A stretch of DNA of 64,000 nucleotides from Macrostomum lignano (taxonomy: Eukaryota), in contig NIVC01003505.1 in assembly GCA_002269645.1 (NCBI GenBank), positions 30,483 through 94,482 on the forward strand. The letters run 5' to 3'. Positions 24,150-35,724 of this stretch are shown piece after piece; positions within the stretch are counted from its first letter, which is position 1; each line of letters starts with the position of its first letter. Both the position numbers and the translations under genes were made by a program. The notes under the pieces are model-generated. The model saw nothing but the letters and a program-made list of their open reading frames with translations. It was not told the DNA's origin and ran no database searches.

Positions 24150-25069
24150 GAGCAGAGAGAAACGAGAAGAGATAAGAGAGAAAAGATAAAAGAAGAGAAA
24201 GGAGAGATGAAAGAGCAGACGAGAGAGAAGAGAGGTGAGGGAAAAGACGAGCGACGAGGGAGAGAGAAGAGATAAAACAAGAAAAGAGATAAAAGGAAAG
24301 AGAGAGAGGAAAGAGGTGAGGGAAGAGACGAGAGAAGAGGGGAGAGATGAGAGAGAGAGGAAAGAGGAGAGAGGAGAGATGAGAGAGTAAAGGAGAGAGT
24401 TAAGAGATGAGAAAAAAGAATAGAGAGGAGAAGGAAGAGACGAGAGAAGAGGGGAGAGAGGAGAGAGGAGAGGAGAGAGAAAAGAAGAGGGAAGAGATAA
24501 GATAAGAGATATGAAAGAGAAGAAAGATGAGGGAGGATACGAAAGAAGATGGGAGAGAGGAGAGAGGAGAGGAGAGGAGAGAGAAAACGAAAGAGTTGAG
24601 AGGAGAGAGGAGAGCAGAGAGAAAACGAAAAGTAGAAAGGAGAGAGGAGAGGAGAGAGAAAAGAATAGGGAAGAGATGAGGGAAGATACGAGAGAAGAGA
24701 GGAGAGAAGAGAGAGGAAAGAGTAGAGACGAGGGATGAGAGAGAAGAAAGGAAACAGAAGAGACGATAGAAATTTTAAAGGATCCAAGGGACATAGGGAG
24801 AGTCAGGGAGAGGCCAGAGTTTGCCAATACATGTTTTAGAGTCAGACAGACATTGCCTGACATTCTGCGGAGTACCCCCAGCCAACAATATCAATGTTTG
24901 CCTCAAACCCTAATTTTACACGAATGTGCTCCATTTTATGTCCACCTCTATCTTACTAACTATTAACAAGTTTTTGTTTGTGTATTGCCTTAGATTTCAG
25001 AATACATGCAAAAGTAGTTCCAGGGATTGGAATTCCCCGGGTTCAAAATCCGCGGGTTTCAACAGCTTG
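22054..25069 (+). mobile_element. Non-autonomous Helitron-like element, copy 1 (~3.0 kb)
   Basis: A|TC 5' end (TCTCTACCTATAAAAATC) followed by (GTCT)n. The 3' end has a GC hairpin (CCCGGGTTCAAAATCCGCGGG) then CAGCTTG|T. No TSD. Homology to the second copy stops at these termini. Internal ~1.4-kb GA-rich tract; no RepHel ORF. Confidence 0.75.
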
Positions 25070-25651
25070 TAAAGCATAAAATTACATTGAAAGCTGTATA
25101 CACCGAAAATTAAGAGCGATAAATGTTTAATTGTTGTGTGTGTTAACGTGCCTACAAAAATATTTTGCTTAACTAAGATGCCGTGTATGCACTACTTGTA
25201 GCAAGGTTAGTAGTAAAACTAGGGTATAGGATCTAGCTCTCTAGCTACGATCTTCAAAAGTGAAAAAGGATAAAATCCATCGTTAATTTTTTTACGCGAA
25301 CTATCGTAGCTTTATAACTCGTAACTCCTAGAATGAAGACACGTCCCGAGTAGAAATATATCCATCCTAAAAATTAAAAAAAAAGCTCAAGTGCTTGTAA
25401 AAGAACTTCTTATAGCTTGCACTAGCATGCTGTTAAATTTATTTGACTTTTGTTTTTTGAAATTCAAGCACGAAACGAGAAAATACTAAAAAACAACAAT
25501 TAAATTACACGAAACTTTCTTTTGGGCAACATAAAATGACCACAGTTATGCATCGAGTATCAGATTCGGAAGCGGAATAAAAACTACCAAGAGTATCGGG
25601 GCACGCGGCCGGAATTATATTTTTCGAGTACAAATGTGTAGCTCAAGGAAT

Positions 25652-25838
25652 CAGTAGCGCAACCAGAAATTTTTTGAGGGGGGGGGGCGGATTCTGGAGG
25701 GTAAAGTCCCGGGAGGGGGGCGGAGGGGTGGTTCTGTTTTTGGCGAAAATTTCGCTTGGTCCCCCCTTTGATTTTTTTTGGGTCTCCGCCTAAGGGGGGG
25801 GGGCGACCGCCTCCCCGCCCCCCCTGGTTGCGCCACTG
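25652..25838. mobile_element. 187-bp hAT-type MITE
   Basis: 15-bp TIRs CAGTAGCGCAACCAG / CTGGTTGCGCCACTG (1 mismatch) and an exact 8-bp TSD CAAGGAAT (25644-25651, 25839-25846). Confidence 0.9.
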
Positions 25839-27685
25839 CAAGGAATGTTTCTAAAATGCAAATGAACACCGAAAAGCGGGTAAAATGTCGATGTTATAGC
25901 TTACCAATAACTCACATATAGACCAATAGATCTAATCATTCACCACTCATAACTGTCGGATTTGTCACGATTTGAGAAACTTTTTGCGAATACCTTTTTA
26001 TTAAAGTTTAAACAAAAGTTTGAAAGTTGCTTATAGAGAAAAGCCCAGACAAGCACTAATTTTATATTTAATAATCAGACTATTTTCCTTGTTTGGACTT
26101 CATACTTGTCTGTGGTTTTTTCGGTTTAAAAAAGGTTGCTTTCGAACTGAGAATTCCAGGAAATGGGGATAAATACAAGTCAACTACACTACAGCTTAAT
26201 TGTGATTGGCATTGAAATTTAAGTGTGTAGGTACTTGGTTGTAGGTGAAATTATATAGGATTTCCTAATTTTTTATACCAATATAATATTAAAAAGGAAA
26301 ATGTCAAAAATGAATTTACTTTTATAATTATAAATAGGTCTTATCCCTTATGTCTACTTTTTATTCTTCTAAGAACAAAAGAGTTTTATTGTTTTTGAAT
26401 TTTAAACTATTTAATTTTTCTCAAAATTTTAGCTATTTTTTTATTTCTATAGGCCTAGCCTAAGTTGCATAGGCCTATTATTTTTTTTCAAAGTACTATT
26501 TTTAATAACAGTTTAAGTTTACTTTGACAAAAATAAAATTTAGCTGGGTACTAACTACTAATCATTTCCATGACAAGTCATTTTGGTAACAGACATTTTG
26601 ATGACAAATATTTGTTTTGTTAACAAGTAGCTTTTGTTATAGAAACACTATTTTTTTATAAAAAAATTTAATATTTTATGGGTATAGTCATTTTAATAAA
26701 AGATATTTCATAATAATAATATGAGCTTGTAGTTACTTTATTAAGATTTTTGTTTTGGTCATATTGAAAATTTCCATTGAAAGATTAATAACTAGGCCTA
26801 TAAGAAAAAAATCAATCTAATTATAAAGTTTTCTTTTTGTGCAGATCATTTTGAATTATCCTAGAATATTCAGATATTCTATAGAGAATCTTCAACCTAA
26901 TAATAATAAACCAAAAACCTATAGAGAATCTTCATGAAATGTCAATTACAAAAAAAGCATAGAATTCACTAGGCCTAGACAATTAGAATTGGATTAGAAA
27001 ACATAAATTTAAAATATTGCTATTCTGGGATTACAAAAAAACAAAGACTGCTAATAAAAGCAATACTTAACTGTTGCAAAACATTATAAAAAAGTTAAGA
27101 TCAATATTCCTTAAGATTTGCAAGAAAATTTTCTGTTTAAAAATAAAATGCCTATTATCAAAGGCCAAGGGTATTTTTCTTGTCATCAAAATGACTTTTG
27201 CTTATCACTAAAACAATTATTACTGAAATATCATGTATCATTAAAATGACTATAATCCAATTTAGCTTACCATCTTACAAATTACACTATATCTTTACCC
27301 TCTGGAAAAAATGTCACTAGTGCGCCAGTAAATTGCCAGCAACTTTTGATTGCATTTTTTGCCAGTGATTTGCCAGCAACATGCCATAAGTAGAATTTTG
27401 CCAGCCATTTGCCACATTTTGCTATATGTCTTGAAATGAATTTTACTATTTTATAATTAATGCAGATTAAAAAAACCATGTTACAGGTCTTAAAGCTATA
27501 AAGCATCCTATTATGATCACTTAAAGGCATATTTCATTTTATAAATCCCCGATAATGCAAAACTTACAAATACAAAGTATAAGCCAAAAAATCTTGCAAA
27601 ACATATCATTTATTGCTAGCAACATTAACCATCCATTTAAAACTTATTTTGCATGACAAATCTATAGTTTTCGATTTATCAGATA

Positions 27686-28562
27686 CAAGCTGTTGAAACC
27701 CGCGGATTTTGAACCCGGGGAATTCCAATACCCGGAACTACTTTTACACGTATTCTGAAATCTAAGGCCATACACAAACAAAAACTTGTTAATAGTTAGT
27801 AGGATAGAGGTAGACATAAAATGGAGCACATTCGTGTAAAATTAGGGTTTGAGACATTGTTGGCTGGGGTACTGCGCAGAATGTCAGGCAATGTCTGTCT
27901 GACTCTAAAACATATATAGCTAAACTCTGGTCTCTCCCTGACTCTCCCTACGTCCCTTGGATCCTTTAAAATTTCTATCGTCTCTTTGTTTCCTCTCATC
28001 TCTCTCGTCCCTCGTCTCTCCTCTCTCCTCTCTCCCCTCTTCTCTCGTATCTTTCCTCATCTCTCTTCTCTTTCATCTCTCTTATCTCATCTCTTGTCTC
28101 TTCTTTTCTCTCTCCTCTCCTCTCTCCTCTCACCCCCTCTTCTCTCTTATCTTCCTTCTCCTTTCTATTCTTTTCTCTCTTCTCTTAACTCTCTCCTCTA
28201 CTCTCTCATCTCTCCCCTCTTCTCTCGTCTCTTCCCTCACCTCTTTTCTCTCGTCTTTGCTCTCTCATCTTTCCTTTCTCTTCTTTTATCTTTTCTCTCT
28301 TCTCTTAACTCTCTCCTCTACTCTCTCATCTCTCCTCTCTACTCTTTCCTCTCTCTCTCCTCTCTCCCCTCTTCTCTCGTCTCTTCCCTCACCTCTTTCC
28401 TCTCTCTCTTTCCTCTCATCTCTTTTCTTGTTTTATCTCTTCTCTCTTCCCTCGTCGCTCGTCTCTTCCCTCACCTCTCTTCTCTCTCGTCCGCTCTTTC
28501 ATCTCTCCTTTCTCTTTTTTTCATCTTTTCTCTCTTATCTCTTCTCGTTTCTCTCTGCTCTG

Positions 28563-28609
<47 letters not shown>

Positions 28610-30709
28610 CCTCTCCCATCTCTCTTCTCCTCTCTACTCTCTCCCCTCGTCATTCTCCTACTTCCTCTTCTCTCTCCCTGTCTCTCCTCTCTCCTCTAGT
28701 CTCTGTAATCTCTTCTCTCTTATCTCTCCTCTGTTCTCTCTACTCTCCCATCTCTCGTCTGTTCATCTGCTCTCTCCTCTGTCATCTTTACTCTCTTATA
28801 CGTTCTCTCACTTATCTCCTCTGTACTCTTCTCTTTCACCTCTTCTGACTCCTCTCTTTCCTTACTCCTTTCTTCTTTTCTCTTCCCTCTTCTATACTCT
28901 CTCTCCTCTATTATCTTCTCTCGTCTCTCTGCACTCTCCTCTCACCTTTTTCATCTCTCATCTCTTCTCTTATCTGTCTCATCTCTACAATCTCATATCT
29001 TTTCTCTCTCCTCCTCTTCCCTTTACTCTCTCATCTCTCCTTTCTCATCTCTCCTTTCTTCCCTCTTCTTTCACCACTCTCTTATCTCTATCTCTTCTCT
29101 TCTCACTCCTCTCTCCCCCTCTTATCTCCTCTCTTCTCTATCCTTTCTACTCTCTCCTCTCTAATCTCTCCTCTCCTCTTGACCCTCTGTCATCTTCTTT
29201 CTGCTCTCTCATCTCTACTCTCTTCTCAATCTTCTCTACTCTCCTCTCTCATCGATTCTCTGTCTCATCTCTCCCCTCTTCTCACCTTTACTCTTTCCTC
29301 TCCTTCCTTTCTCCCCTCCTCTCGCTTCTTCCTCCTTTCTTCTCTGCTCTCTCCTCACCACTTGTCTCTCCTCTTATATTCCATGTTTTCTCATATCCCC
29401 GTCTCGTCTCTCGATCCTCTCTTCTAATAGTCTATTCCTTCTCCTTTCCACTCTCATCTGGCCCGCACATAATCTGGATTCTTTATCTGGCTTTTGAAGT
29501 AAAAGTCTGCCGATCCCTGCTTCGAAAGCCAGTTTGTGGGACGTACTACTCTCATCGTTGTTCTCATGCTTTGATCACGTCATCTTTCTTGCCAATTTGC
29601 AGCCCTGAAAGGAATTTTTATATTTTCAGCTCCACTGCAGTCTGCATCAGTCTAACAACCAAGGAAATACGCATTTCTTAGGAGGCCATTTAAAATTTAC
29701 ACACTACCTTTAAAAGAAACCTAAAATTTCCATGGGTGTGCCTAATTTAGTAGGGTTGTATTGCATTGTGCATTGCATCGCATCGCCTTTTCATAAATCT
29801 TTCGCTTTTACAAACCGCTTTTCGCTTTCGCTTTTTTGCTGGATTCCCTCGATTTGCCAATTGCCATCCACTGTTAAACTGCTGCAGAGTTTGCCAATAC
29901 AGAGGAGGGGAGGGCAGTGGTTAGAATTTCTCACTAAACTGTTATGGCTAAACGTAGCCTCTCCACTCTCGGGTGCAGAGAAGGCTATAAAAAGGTTATT
30001 CCAAAACACTGTACATTTGCTATGTACATTCAGTCCTATCGCCTGATCCTTCGTCTGGCTCTGGGGGAATGAGTGAGTGAGTGGCACAAACAACAGAAAA
30101 AGCAGACAAACTTCACATGTTTACAGTTTCTGTTCTGATTGAGTTAGAGAGTTGAAACTTTACATTTAGACAGAGAATAAGTCAATAAAGAATTGTATCA
30201 AGTTTGAAGTCAATCGCTTTACTTGGAGCAAACTTATGGCAGCTGAAAGTTAGTCAATTTTGAAACCCTTTTACCCATTTGGGCCCAGATCGGTATCGGA
30301 AAGAGAGGCAGGCGGACGGAGGTTGGGGTGGCTGCCTCGCTGAAAAAAACAGCCTAACTTTAAAAGTGCACAGCGGCTTTCAGGATTAACTTTGAGATTT
30401 GAAATTTTACACGATTGTGTCAAAATAGTTGAAAATTGCCTTTGTCAAATTTGAAGAGAATCGGTAGAAGTGGAGCGGCGCTATGGAGGATTAAGTGAAA
30501 AAATCGCGCATTTTGAGCAGTTTTTTGTACTTTTAGGTAGGAAGACTTGAGTCTAGGAAATTAAAAGGTAGCCTAAGACATTCTCCGTAGTAAGTTTAGG
30601 GTGGGTGTAAAGTTTGGTGTAATTTGGTTGAGCGGTTTGGGAGTCCATAGCGATCAAAATTGTCCACACACACACACACACACAGAGTTTTGATTTTTAT
30701 ATGTAGAGA
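27686..30709 (-). mobile_element. Non-autonomous Helitron-like element, copy 2 (inverted relative to copy 1)
   Basis: The reverse complement matches 22054-25069 end to end, including the A|TC start, hairpin and CTTG|T end. It has (GT)n in place of (GTCT)n. Confidence 0.75.
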
Positions 30710-31180
30710 TGAAAAGCAAATATGATTAGATAAGATACTCAAAACTAGATATAGCAACTTCTTGTAATTTTTATAATTAGCTAGTATACAATTTTTTAGC
30801 ATAAAAATTTTTTTACAAAGGATTATAATAAGGTTAATACACGCCATATAAAATTAAGCAATTGGCTAGTTGCTAATAACAGGAATGCCAAGATATTCTC
30901 CTTTTCAAGGAATGCATATGCAAGGCTGTAGTGGCCTTCTAGAAACAATGGTTTTCAACATCTGGTAAAATCCTATTGCTAGGGATTTCAACTCAAATGG
31001 AAGAGTATACAGATTTCAAGTGAAAGAAAGAACATGCCCTTTAACAATGCTATTGTTGTAGTGAATCAGTTTAACAACAAAGCCATTAGTCAATAAAATA
31101 TAGTTGTTGGGTGACTGGCAGGAAATAGTAACATTTGATGCAGTGAAGTTGCTACTTAAAGTACTTCACTTATTTTGCAA

Positions 31181-32060
31181 CTAGTTTATTGCTCGCTTAA
31201 ACGCATGATGCCTGCCAGCTATTTGTCTTTGAAGAACCCCTAGAAAATTCTCAAATAGAAACAATGAAAACATATCCAAGCACCCAAGCTGTTTAACATA
31301 CTCTGACAAATGCAAAAGACAGTGAACATTATAAGAAACTGTATGTATACCATAGAGCAAAGGAATGTCATGCAAAAAAATTCTAAGACATGCTTTAGCA
31401 GCTTCACAATGCATCAACAGATTCTTAGAGCACATACAATAAATTGCAAAATGAAAGTGCAAAAATGGATAAAATATTTATTGGGAAGGACGCAATTAAA
31501 AATCCAAGGCCCAGCACACAAAAGCAAGGTGCAAAATTCAAGAGCCTTAAAGTTTTGCATTTCAGAAAATGAGCACAATTTTCTGAAAAATATTGAAGGC
31601 AAACAGTTAGAAAACTCAACCACCAATGGTCTGCACCCTGCGGTCCAACAAAGGAGATCCAGTTTAGAATATATTCACCTTTCTGCTTGCAATAGCCACA
31701 TCCATAGTAACCAATATAAGATTTGATGCACTGTAAAAAGGCCTGAGCAGAAGCATCACAAAAAACAGTTTTGTCTAAATGAAACCTGCAGTTCTGCAGA
31801 ATGAAGAACTCTTCTTTGAAGGTCCAAAATCATATCCAATACAGGTGACGTCAGTTTTTTAAGATCTGGTTTCCAACTCCTATGTATAAGAAAAATCCTA
31901 AGGGGTAAGGTCCCTTACAATTGACAAGCACAAGAATAGGCCATAGACCAAAACTTGAGCCAGAGAAAAGTGGCAGGCCCATCCACATTGATCAAAAGAG
32001 ACAGCAAAATCTCTTTAGTGGTGTAGCACAAATTAAAAGCCCCATTTTCAGAAGTATGCC
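31181..32060 (-). pseudogene. EnSpm-like transposase remnant with frameshifts
   Basis: Minus-strand motifs LINVDG/LPLFSGSSFGLWPILV (~31990-31920, frameshifted), CDASAQAFLQCIKSYIGYYGCGYCKQKGEY (~31760-31670) and YGIHTVSYNVHCLLHL...FSLFLFENFLG (ORF 31181..31462) match the NIDGLPLF / CDAPARAF / YNVHxLLHL...FPFENYLG pattern I recognise from animal EnSpm-type transposases. Confidence 0.85.
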
Positions 32061-34913
32061 AATCAACTCCAGTAAAGAAAAGTGGGTATATTGAGAATGA
32101 CTAAATTTAGCCCCTTTAGATGCTCCAACTATGTATAGAGAGCCCGCATTTGTAGTGGCTTGCTATGAGCCAGTGTGAGGTAATGTAAAGTCAGCCATTT
32201 TTATTTTTTGCAACTATAACAAAGTGCACATAAAGGAATATTTTTAAGCCCTTGCTGTTAATTGCAAAAAAGTTTTACTCATGTTTTTTTAAACTGCATA
32301 GCAATATTATGTACATATAGATTTTACATTTTAATAAAATTTAAAAAATGATACAGGTAGGTAGTGAATTTTTGCCACTCATTTGCGACTAAATCTAAAT
32401 GCTACTAACAAGCATTTTTTCATTGTTTTAGTCTGTTTTCTCAATTGTAATTTCATTTTTTAATCATTTAATATGGAAAAAAAATATTTTCTTATAAAAA
32501 AATGACTAGCAATTTGATTGGTATTCGCTAGCAATTATTTGCTGGCAATTATTTGTCACCAAATCGCCACTGAATCGCCAACAGTTTTAAAACAAAGAAA
32601 AATGAAATGACCAATTTTTTTCATGAAACACATCATTTGAAATCCCCAGAGGCAATATTTTGCCAAGAAAAAAATTCCAGAGGGATATGCCAAAAATTCT
32701 GATGTACAAATGTGTGATGAATTATTTTCTTGTGGTTGCCATTTAAATTTGTTTAATCATACATAAAATTGAAAATATTGTAAATATTATGAATACTTTA
32801 TAATCTCCTTTGCTTTAATTTGCAGTTAAAAAAACCAATACTAGATACAAGAACCATTAGCAAGAAAAATCAACTCTGTGTGCACTTATTTACTTCTTTT
32901 AAGTTTATATATATATATTTAGCAACATTGAAAAATTGCCACTCTATGCCCTAAGGAGCAATTTCCCTTGGACTATTCTTAAATAAAAGATTAAAAAACT
33001 GAGAGATGGCTTTGATTTATCTAACTAGGCAACCACAGATAGAATATTTTGTGATGGCAACATTTTAATGTTGCTAAGTATAAAAAGTATTGCACAAATA
33101 CTACTTTCTATCTTTGTTATTTAGGAGCATTTTAAGTCCCAAGATTAGAACTCACTCCATTCTTAGAGAATGAGACCTCTAGATTTAGATGTAATGTAAG
33201 CCATGACCCTTTGATCTTGGGAATGCCCAGGACTAAGAGAAAAACCCTAATAAGAGAGAGCCATAGGATAGGATAAATCGGAATTTGTGGACAAAGGGTG
33301 TCTGACCATCTGTTACAATTTTGAAATTGTCCAGTGTTGTTGTGGCTGAAGTCAAAGCAGATAATATTGTGGCTTGGTGCAGTTTTGGGTAAACAGCAAG
33401 AGTAACTATAACTGTCTTATTAAGGCTAAATGCCTCATCATCTAATTAGAACTATGCCTGTATTAAATGCAAAAGTTAACATGTTCTATGTCATATTGCA
33501 TTTTTGAGCTACAATTTTAGGCCCTATGCTTAACATCTACAGGTTTTATATCTTTATTTCAATAGGGGGATACAATACAAGTGGCATAGGACTGTTTAGG
33601 CCAGTAATATATAATATACTACCAAATTTATATGATACGCTACCAATATAAAGTATAGTATCAAAAGCACATCAAAATATTATTTAGAAATGAACCCTGT
33701 AACAATTTTGGTATTAGCAATAAAATCATTTTAGAAGGTAAAATGTTTCCCCTAGAACAACTAGGTGACTGCCTTTAGGATTTTTTTGATAAGATAGAAG
33801 AAAGCCCTTGGACAACATTGATAGCTTAATAGTGGTATTTAATCAGTCAAGCATAGGCCCTTTCACAACATTGGTATTGGTAGAAATTCTATCATAGAAT
33901 AGTCTGTAAAAGATAGTATAGAAGCTTCCCTTACCGCACAGTATACAGTTGAATGCAGAATCTATAAGCCATAGCATACATAGTAAAATATGGAATCTGC
34001 AGTATAGTGGAATGATAAATTGTAGATTGACCTACATATTCTAGTTACTTGAAATAAAAAGCAAAATATAAGAATAAAAGTTATAATTTTTGGAATTGAT
34101 TAATATAAATATTGTGTCAATTCAATATAAATTCTTCTTTCTGTCTTAGTTGGCTGGTATTGTATTGAGTATTGGCTGGCTCTATTGGAGTTCTCCACTT
34201 GTTTGGGAGATCCTTACTTAGTTTCTTTAGTAAATCAAAATAGGCCTAGTAGTAGTCAAAATTGACAATTAGCATTTGGCTCTAAAAAGTCAATTTTCAG
34301 TGGCCTATGAAAAAAGCAACATTACTTTCAATACTTTCCATTTTGATTGTTGATCAACTAGCATTAAATTGCTTTGACAAGTCTTTTCTTTCTATATCAT
34401 AATATTAAAGATAAGAATCATCAGAACCTTTTAAGAACTTAGTTTGAAAAGATCTACGAGCTATTTTTTTGCAAACAAAATGGATATTTGACTTTATTAC
34501 GTCCAACTAGTGAGCAATCATATAAATTGTCAATGGAGCATCAGTTTTAGCTGATAATGAGGTCTAGGATTCAATCTCCCAGAGTTTTAGATATTACTTG
34601 TAGCATTTATAATGTTTTTTACTTTTAAAAGTCAATATAAGTATTACAAGCATATTATATACAACAATGCAATTGAATTCTTCTACAAAATCTAGAAAAT
34701 ATTTTGCATGCTAAAAGTTGAAACTCTAAATGAAATTTAAAATGAAAATTTTGCTGACACTTTAGGTATGATTTCTAATGATATAAAATCATTAGCACAT
34801 TTAGTAAGTAAATATTTTTCTTAATAGTTCATTACAAGCAACATAGATGTGCTTTATTAACTTCCTTTGTATACATTGCTGCTGAATCCTTATTCCCTTG
34901 CAATTGCTGCAAA

Positions 34914-35636
34914 ATGGAGGAAGAAATTATTATTCTTAAAGAAATTTATTGCAAAGAATTAAAAGACATTTCCAGGTAAGTGGTTCCTGTTTCTCAGTTT
35001 AAGATCCCTTTATTTATAAACAAGCATTGCTATTTTTTAAAGCTAAAATATACTCTACTCGTATTAACCAACTAAATATGAGCATGTAATATATATTTAT
35101 TTATCTAAAAATTAATCAAGCTTTTCTACCTAAAACCTACCTACCTACTTACTACCTACCTACCTACCTACCTACCTACCTACCTACCTACCTACCTACC
35201 TACCTACCTACCTACCTACCTACCTACCTACCTACCTACCTACTTACCTACTTATCTGCCTACCCATCTACTCACCCATTGATATTGATAATAACAAAAG
35301 GTATGCATTGATCACAGCTTACTATCGTGCATTATTCCTATTGTCCAACCCTCGTCTCTAGCAACCCCAATGGTACCACCATCATCACGGTGGACATTCG
35401 CCCAGCAACAGCCGACGTACAGAGCAAGCAGTTCATCAGCGTCAGCCTGGTGGCCACCTGCCCACCTGGCTATCCTGACGAACCGCCGCAGGTTGATCTG
35501 CGGTGCCCTCGAGGCCTGGTAGAAGAGCGGCTGGAGCATCTGCTGGCCACCGTGAGGGCCGAGGCAGAGCAGCTGAGGGGCGACTTCATGCTTATGCATC
35601 TGGTTGAGGTGAGCGGGTCTGTCTGTCTGTCTGTCC

Positions 35637-35724
<88 letters not shown>

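Larger units (their letters stand above)
27298..32684 (-). mobile_element. Degenerate CMC-EnSpm/CACTA-type DNA transposon, interrupted by Helitron copy 2
   Basis: Short inverted termini CCCTCTGGAA / TTCCAGAGGG, subterminal TTGCCAGCA repeats in opposite orientation at the two ends, and internal transposase remnants. No clean TSD, so the boundaries are tentative. Confidence 0.55.

Noticed and set aside
23276-29681. 500-570 aa Leu/Ser ORFs present in two copies
   Set aside because: A pyrimidine-only strand cannot encode stops; these are the GA/CT tracts of the Helitron-like copies.
22054-30709. Single giant foldback or Polinton-like element with 3-kb TIRs
   Set aside because: No TSD and no polymerase or integrase; each arm has its own Helitron-type termini, and one arm sits inside another transposon.
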